The position numbers were made by a program, and so were the translations under genes. From the NCBI GenBank assembly GCA_046052765.1, contig JAVLFQ010000052.1: 64,000 nucleotides of DNA; one strand, 5' to 3'. The notes under the pieces were generated by a model that was not told the origin of the DNA, searched no databases, and saw only the letters and a list, made by a program, of their open reading frames with translations. Positions 59,260 through 64,000 of this stretch are shown here, piece after piece (the stretch's first letter is position 1; each line of letters begins with the position of its first letter). The DNA is from Limnohabitans sp. GTDB taxonomy: Bacteria > Pseudomonadota > Gammaproteobacteria > Burkholderiales > Burkholderiaceae_C.

Positions 59260-62211
59260 TCATACAGCTGATATGCGCTTGAGTTGATCTTTGACCTTGG
59301 CCAAAGTCGATGTGAATTCCTCAATCCTCAGTTGCTCTTGCTCGATGACTTTGGCCGGTGCTTTGGCGACAAAAGCCTCGTTGCTGAGTTTGGCCTGCGC
59401 TTTGCTGAGTTCCGTCTCTAATCTCAAGACCTCTTTGCTAAGACGAGCGGTTTCAGCGGCCTGATCGATCTCGATGAACAAGCACACCCTGGACTGACCC
59501 AAAACGGCGACCGGGGCATTTTGAGCGGCGCTTTGCCACGCCCCTTCATCCTCAAAGGTTTTGATCTCTTGGAGTTTGGCCAAACTTTTGAGAACTGGCG
59601 CCATGTTTTGAATGAAACTGCTCTCCTCAGCGTTGCCCACCAAGATGTACAAAGGCACCTTGGTCGCGGGGGAGATGTTCATCTGACCTCTTAAGTTGCG
59701 GCAACCTTCGACCCAGTTCTTCAACTGGGCAATGGCGTGCTCGGCCAGAGGATCTATTTTGGCGGGTTGTGAGACAGGATAGTCGCAAACGCTCACAGAT
59801 GCTCGGTCTTGGTCTTTGGGCCAAAGTCCCGCAACAGGTGCGACCTTTTGCCACAATTCTTCCGTGATGAAGGGGATCAAGGGGTGACTCAAGCGAAGGA
59901 TGGCCTCAAGGGTGCGAATCAACGTGCGCCTTGTGGCACGTGCTTGCGCGGGGCTGCCTTGTTGAATTTGTACTTTAGCAATCTCCAAGTACCAATCACA
60001 GAACTCATTCCAGACAAATTCGTAGATGGCGTTGGCCACCAGATCGAGTCGATAGTCTTTGAAGCCTTGCGCAACTTGCGCTTCCACGCGTTGGAGCATG
60101 GAACTCATCCAACGGTCGGCTTGACTGAATTGCATGTAACCATGAAAGGGTCCACCAGGAGCGCATTGCTCTTTGGAGTGTTGTTCCAGACCACAGTCTT
60201 GCCCCTCGCAATTCATCAGGACAAAACGTGTGGCGTTCCATAGCTTGTTGCAAAAGTTGCGGTAGCCCTCGCAGCGCTTGGTATCGAAATTGATGCTTCT
60301 CCCAAGGGACGCCAAGGCTGCAAAGGTGAACCTCAACGCGTCAGCACCGTACGACGGGATGCCCAGTGGAAACTCTTTCTCTGTGTTTTTCTTGACCAAG
60401 GGTGCGGTCTCGGGACGGCGCAACCCCGTGGTCCTTTTGGCAAGCAAGGGTTCGAGTTCAATGCCATCAATCAAGTCGACGGGGTCAAGAACGTTGCCCT
60501 CAGACTTGGACATCTTCTTGCCTTGTGCATCGCGCACCAAGCCGTGGATGTACACATCTTTGAAGGGCACTTTACCTGTGAAGTGGGTGCTCATCATGAT
60601 CATCCGGGCCACCCAAAAGAAGATGATGTCATAGCCCGTGACCAACACGGAACTGGGCAAGTACAAGTGAAAGTCCTCGGTCTCTTTGGGCCAACCCAAT
60701 GTTGAAAAAGGCACCAAGGCGGAGGAGAACCAGGTGTCCAACACATCGGCGTCTTGGGTGAGTTGACGACCTGGGCCTGCTTCATCTTGAGCTTGAGTCA
60801 AACTTTCTGCCACATAGACGTGACCGTCTTCGTCGTACCACGCGGGAATTTGGTGCCCCCACCAAAGTTGTCGGCTGATGCACCAGTCTTGAATGTTCTT
60901 CATCCACTGGTTGTAAGTGTTGACCCAGTTTTCTGGCACAAAACGAACTTCACCCAATTCAACCGCTCGGATGGCCTTTTCTGCAATGGACAGTCCCTTG
61001 GGATCCAACTGGCTTTTTTCAGTCATGGCCACAAACCATTGATCGGTCAGCATCGGCTCAATGATTTGTCCGGTTCTCTCACATCTTGGGACCATGAGGG
61101 TGTGGGCTTTGACGTCGACCAAGAGACCCGCTTCTTTCAAATCTTGCACAATGTGCTCGCGTGCTTTAAAGCGGTCCAGTCCCTGATAGGCCTTGGGGGC
61201 TTGGTCATTGACACTGGCATCCAAATTGAAAATATTGATTTGCGGCAACTGGTGACGCACACCGACGGCAAAGTCATTGGCATCGTGTGCAGGGGTGACC
61301 TTGACCACGCCCGTCCCAAAGTCCTTGTCCACGTAGGCATCGGCAATCACGGGGATCAATCGCTCGCACAAAGGCAAATGCACCCGTTGACCGATCAAGT
61401 GTTGGTACCTGGCGTCTTCGGGGTTGACCATGACCGCCACGTCGCCCAGCATGGTCTCTGGGCGGGTGGTCGCCACCACCAAGCGTTCATTGGAGTTCTC
61501 GATGGGATAGGCGATGTGCCACATGAAGCCTTTTTCTTCTTGGCTTTCCACTTCCAAGTCGGAGACAGCTGTTTTAAGGATGGGGTCCCAGTGAACAAGG
61601 CGTTTGCCCCGGTAGATGAGGCCTTCCTTGTAGAGTTGGACAAAAGCCTTGGTCACGACCTCGCTTCTTGGCTCATCCATGGTGAAGTACTCGCGACTCC
61701 AGTCCACGCTGTCACCCATGCGGCGCATTTGTTGGGTGATGGTTTTGCCACTTTTCTCCTTCCATTCCCAAACTTTAGCGATGAAGTTTTTTCTGGAGAC
61801 CTGCTCTGTGGGGCCAAGGGTGTGCTTGGACAGGCCTTGCTCTTGGAGTTGCCGCTCAACCACAATTTGAGTGGCGATCCCCGCATGATCGGTGCCTGGG
61901 ATCCATGCGGTGTTGGCGCCAGACATGCGGTGATAGCGGGTCAAGCTGTCCATGATCGTTTGATTGAAGGCGTGCCCCATGTGCAAAGTACCCGTCACAT
62001 TGGGAGGTGGGAGTTGAATGCAAAACCCAGGCGCACCAGGCTTTGCTATGTGTGTACCTTTGAAGCCAGCCACACCGTAGCCACGGGCTTCCCATTCTGG
62101 GCCCCAGTGGGCTTCAATTTCAGCGGGTTCAAAGGATTTGGACAGGCTCTGTAAGGCGGGCTGGTTGATGGGCGCAACTGGTGCAGTCGATTCTTTGGAG
62201 GCAGAGTTCAT
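59260..62211 (-). CDS. valS: Valine--tRNA ligase
   Basis: [30 protein letters not shown]-terminal coiled-coil arm. Confidence 0.98.
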   Translation of the reverse strand: MNSASKESTAPVAPINQPALQSLSKSFEPAEIEAHWGPEWEARGYGVAGFKGTHIAKPGAPGFCIQLPPPNVTGTLHMGHAFNQTIMDSLTRYHRMSGANTAWIPGTDHAGIATQIVVERQLQEQGLSKHTLGPTEQVSRKNFIAKVWEWKEKSGKTITQQMRRMGDSVDWSREYFTMDEPRSEVVTKAFVQLYKEGLIYRGKRLVHWDPILKTAVSDLEVESQEEKGFMWHIAYPIENSNERLVVATTRPETMLGDVAVMVNPEDARYQHLIGQRVHLPLCERLIPVIADAYVDKDFGTGVVKVTPAHDANDFAVGVRHQLPQINIFNLDASVNDQAPKAYQGLDRFKAREHIVQDLKEAGLLVDVKAHTLMVPRCERTGQIIEPMLTDQWFVAMTEKSQLDPKGLSIAEKAIRAVELGEVRFVPENWVNTYNQWMKNIQDWCISRQLWWGHQIPAWYDEDGHVYVAESLTQAQDEAGPGRQLTQDADVLDTWFSSALVPFSTLGWPKETEDFHLYLPSSVLVTGYDIIFFWVARMIMMSTHFTGKVPFKDVYIHGLVRDAQGKKMSKSEGNVLDPVDLIDGIELEPLLAKRTTGLRRPETAPLVKKNTEKEFPLGIPSYGADALRFTFAALASLGRSINFDTKRCEGYRNFCNKLWNATRFVLMNCEGQDCGLEQHSKEQCAPGGPFHGYMQFSQADRWMSSMLQRVEAQVAQGFKDYRLDLVANAIYEFVWNEFCDWYLEIAKVQIQQGSPAQARATRRTLIRTLEAILRLSHPLIPFITEELWQKVAPVAGLWPKDQDRASVSVCDYPVSQPAKIDPLAEHAIAQLKNWVEGCRNLRGQMNISPATKVPLYILVGNAEESSFIQNMAPVLKSLAKLQEIKTFEDEGAWQSAAQNAPVAVLGQSRVCLFIEIDQAAETARLSKEVLRLETELSKAQAKLSNEAFVAKAPAKVIEQEQLRIEEFTSTLAKVKDQLKRISAV

Positions 62212-62234
62212 AAAGACCCATGAAGGCGGAAAAA

Positions 62235-62265
62235 GAAAAGTACAAAAAGTACAAAAACTACAAAA
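62235..62265. repeat. Short tandem repeat (about 3 x 9 bp) in the valS leader
   Basis: AAAAGTAC-AAAAAGTAC-AAAAACTAC-AAAA. Confidence 0.7.
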
Positions 62266-62398
62266 GGACCGTATGGGGGTTCTTTTTGTAAAAGATCATG
62301 TCATTTTAACCGTGCTTCATGCACTTCAAGAAGCGCTCAGAGAATGGGCCTTGGTGTGGGTCCAAGGCGCAGGTTCGCCAAAGGTTTTGCGCAGAACC

Positions 62399-63037
62399 TT
62401 ACTTTTTAGAAAATTCAGGCCTGTCGTTTCTCTCAGGTTTGAGCTTGCCTTGAACGCCTGAGCTTGCTTTCTCGGCTCGCCAAATTTCTTTTCTTTGGGT
62501 CCAAAGTTTCAGCCTCTCGTGGGCATCCAGGCTTTCTTTGTGCATGGTCTCTTTGCTGCCCGTTTGAACGGTCAATTCAAGACGGATGCCATTGGGGTCA
62601 AAGAAGTAAATGCTTTGAAAGACATGGTGATCGGTCACGCCCAACACCTCAATGCCATGGGCTTGCAGCCGCGCTTTGGCGCGCTCGAGTTCCTCGATGG
62701 TGTTGACCCTGAACGCAATGTGATTGACCCAAGCTGGCGTGTTCGGTGAGGGCAGCGCCGCTTGGTCGTCTCCCAAGTCAAAAAAGGCGATGAAGGAGCC
62801 GTCCAGCAGTCTGAAGAAAAAATGCGTGTAGGGGCAATACTCGCCAGTGCTCGGCACATGATCGCTTTGAATGATGTGGTACAAAGGCAAACCCAAAATG
62901 TCTTCATAAAAATGTCTCGTCTCTTCTGCATCCCTGGCGCGATAAGCGTACTGATGCAATTGCTGTATGTCAGCCGCCTTTGGTAAGGACTCCAAATGCG
63001 GGGTGCTCAGTGTGAAGGGGACCGTTTGAGAGGACAT
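62399..63037 (-). CDS. VOC/glyoxalase-family protein
   Basis: ETRHFYEDILGLPL, HIAF, SIYFFDPNGIRLEL; GGAG RBS before MSSQ. Confidence 0.88.
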   Translation of the reverse strand: MSSQTVPFTLSTPHLESLPKAADIQQLHQYAYRARDAEETRHFYEDILGLPLYHIIQSDHVPSTGEYCPYTHFFFRLLDGSFIAFFDLGDDQAALPSPNTPAWVNHIAFRVNTIEELERAKARLQAHGIEVLGVTDHHVFQSIYFFDPNGIRLELTVQTGSKETMHKESLDAHERLKLWTQRKEIWRAEKASSGVQGKLKPERNDRPEFSKK

Positions 63038-63274
63038 GGTGTCTCCGAATGTTAAATTCATGTCACGCAAGTGTAAGTCGGCTTGAGCTTTTAAGGGTGT
63101 AAAAAAACACAAGAAATGAGTATAAAACACTTACATAAAGCTTGGGCATCGTTTTCTTGTCTTGGATGGGTTAATCTATCGACTTGGATCAAGGAGAGAC
63201 TCTTTTCAGTGGGGGTCCTAAAAAAATAGAAATCGGTGCCCATGTCGCGCGTTCATTACAAGGAAAAATAGATC

Positions 63275-63697
63275 ATGTCCACACTCAAGGGCTCCAAGAC
63301 CGAAAACAATTTGAAAGAGGCTTTCTCGCAAGAGTCCCAAGCCAATCGGCGATATTTGTACTTTGCAAACAAAGCCGACATTGAAGGGCAGCAAGATGTT
63401 GCGGCCTTGTTTCGCTCTACCGCAGGAGGAGAGACGGGACATGCGCACGGCCACTTGGAGTGGCTCGAGCAGTGCTCAGACCCTGTGACAGGCTTGCCCT
63501 TTGGCTCCACGCGCGACAATTTGGCCGCTGCCGTGGCCGGAGAAACGCACGAGTACGCTGACATGTACCCTGGCATGGCCAAGACCGCTCGGCAAGAGGG
63601 TTTTGATGAAATTGCAGACTGGTTTGAAACTTTGGCCAAGGCAGAGCGCTCGCATGCGATGCGCTACACCAAGGCTTTGCTTGAGTTCAAAGATTGA
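63275..63697 (+). CDS. Rubrerythrin (short, no rubredoxin domain)
   Basis: ESQANRRY, ETGHAHGH, GETHEYADMYP, AERSH diiron motifs. Confidence 0.93.
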   Translation: MSTLKGSKTENNLKEAFSQESQANRRYLYFANKADIEGQQDVAALFRSTAGGETGHAHGHLEWLEQCSDPVTGLPFGSTRDNLAAAVAGETHEYADMYPGMAKTARQEGFDEIADWFETLAKAERSHAMRYTKALLEFKD

Positions 63698-63768
63698 GTT
63701 TAAAAACGGGTCTGCCTTGGTGCTGCATGGCGCTGGCGATGAAGCATGGTGATCAAAGGGCGTGCCAC

Positions 63769-64000
63769 ATGAAAAAACTGGGATACATTGGACTTGACAA
63801 TTTGATGACGCTAGAGGCTTATGCCAAGTACAGGCAGCAGCACCGTGCGGATCTCATGGCGCACAGGCAGCTCAGAAGCATCTCTTTGGGAGAGCACATG
63901 ACGGTTCAGTTTGAGAGTGAACTGACCCTTCGATATCAAATTCAAGAGATGCTCAGAATAGAAAAGATTGTTGATGAAATCGGTGTTCAAGCACAGATCG
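63769..64000 (+). CDS. DUF3501-family protein (5' part; runs off the right edge)
   Basis: Manual translation: MKKLGYIGLDNLMTLEAYAKYRQQHRADLMAHRQLRSISLGEHMTVQFESELTLRYQIQEMLRIEKI... Confidence 0.85.
   Translation, partial: MKKLGYIGLDNLMTLEAYAKYRQQHRADLMAHRQLRSISLGEHMTVQFESELTLRYQIQEMLRIEKIVDEIGVQAQI

Noticed and set aside
60754-62154. 466-aa plus-strand ORF antisense to valS
   Set aside because: A shadow ORF of a well-conserved gene; no recognisable motifs, and its composition mirrors the valS codons.
63049-63057. ATGTTAAAT resembling the XerD half of dif
   Set aside because: No XerC half-site or correct spacer; it sits in the VOC gene leader.

Overview
A 64 kb chromosomal window from a betaproteobacterium. 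Gene content and order fit Burkholderiales/Comamonadaceae, possibly Limnohabitans-like (inference); GC is mid-50s % by eye. It is mostly housekeeping: a full System I cytochrome c maturation cluster (ccmABCDEFGHI), trpS, recJ, lolC/E-lolD, ileS-lspA-ribF, purN, rpmB-rpmG, trxB-ftsK-lolA-rarA, tRNA-Leu(CAA), cysM, galU and valS. I found no integrase, transposase, phage gene, rRNA or CRISPR array. Two things stand out. (1) A low-GC two-gene module at 28.4-30.96 kb pairs a periplasmic sulfite-oxidase-fold protein lacking the Moco cysteine (PruR-like, candidate pterin receptor) with an orphan hybrid histidine kinase. This is a candidate pterin-sensing phosphorelay rather than the known c-di-GMP output. 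(2) Codon usage changes abruptly exactly at tRNA-Leu (about 56.5 kb), and that tRNA's acceptor stem has an A5.C68 mismatch, as if its two halves came from different alleles. This points to either a recombination junction or an assembly chimera. Other accessory items are a CsgG-DUF4810-DUF799 lipoprotein cassette without curli genes, a FemAB-like GNAT gene coupled to ccmA, an orphan ArnT-like transferase, and rubrerythrin-DUF3501 lacking its usual Fe-S partner. Family names are from motif recognition, not database searches.
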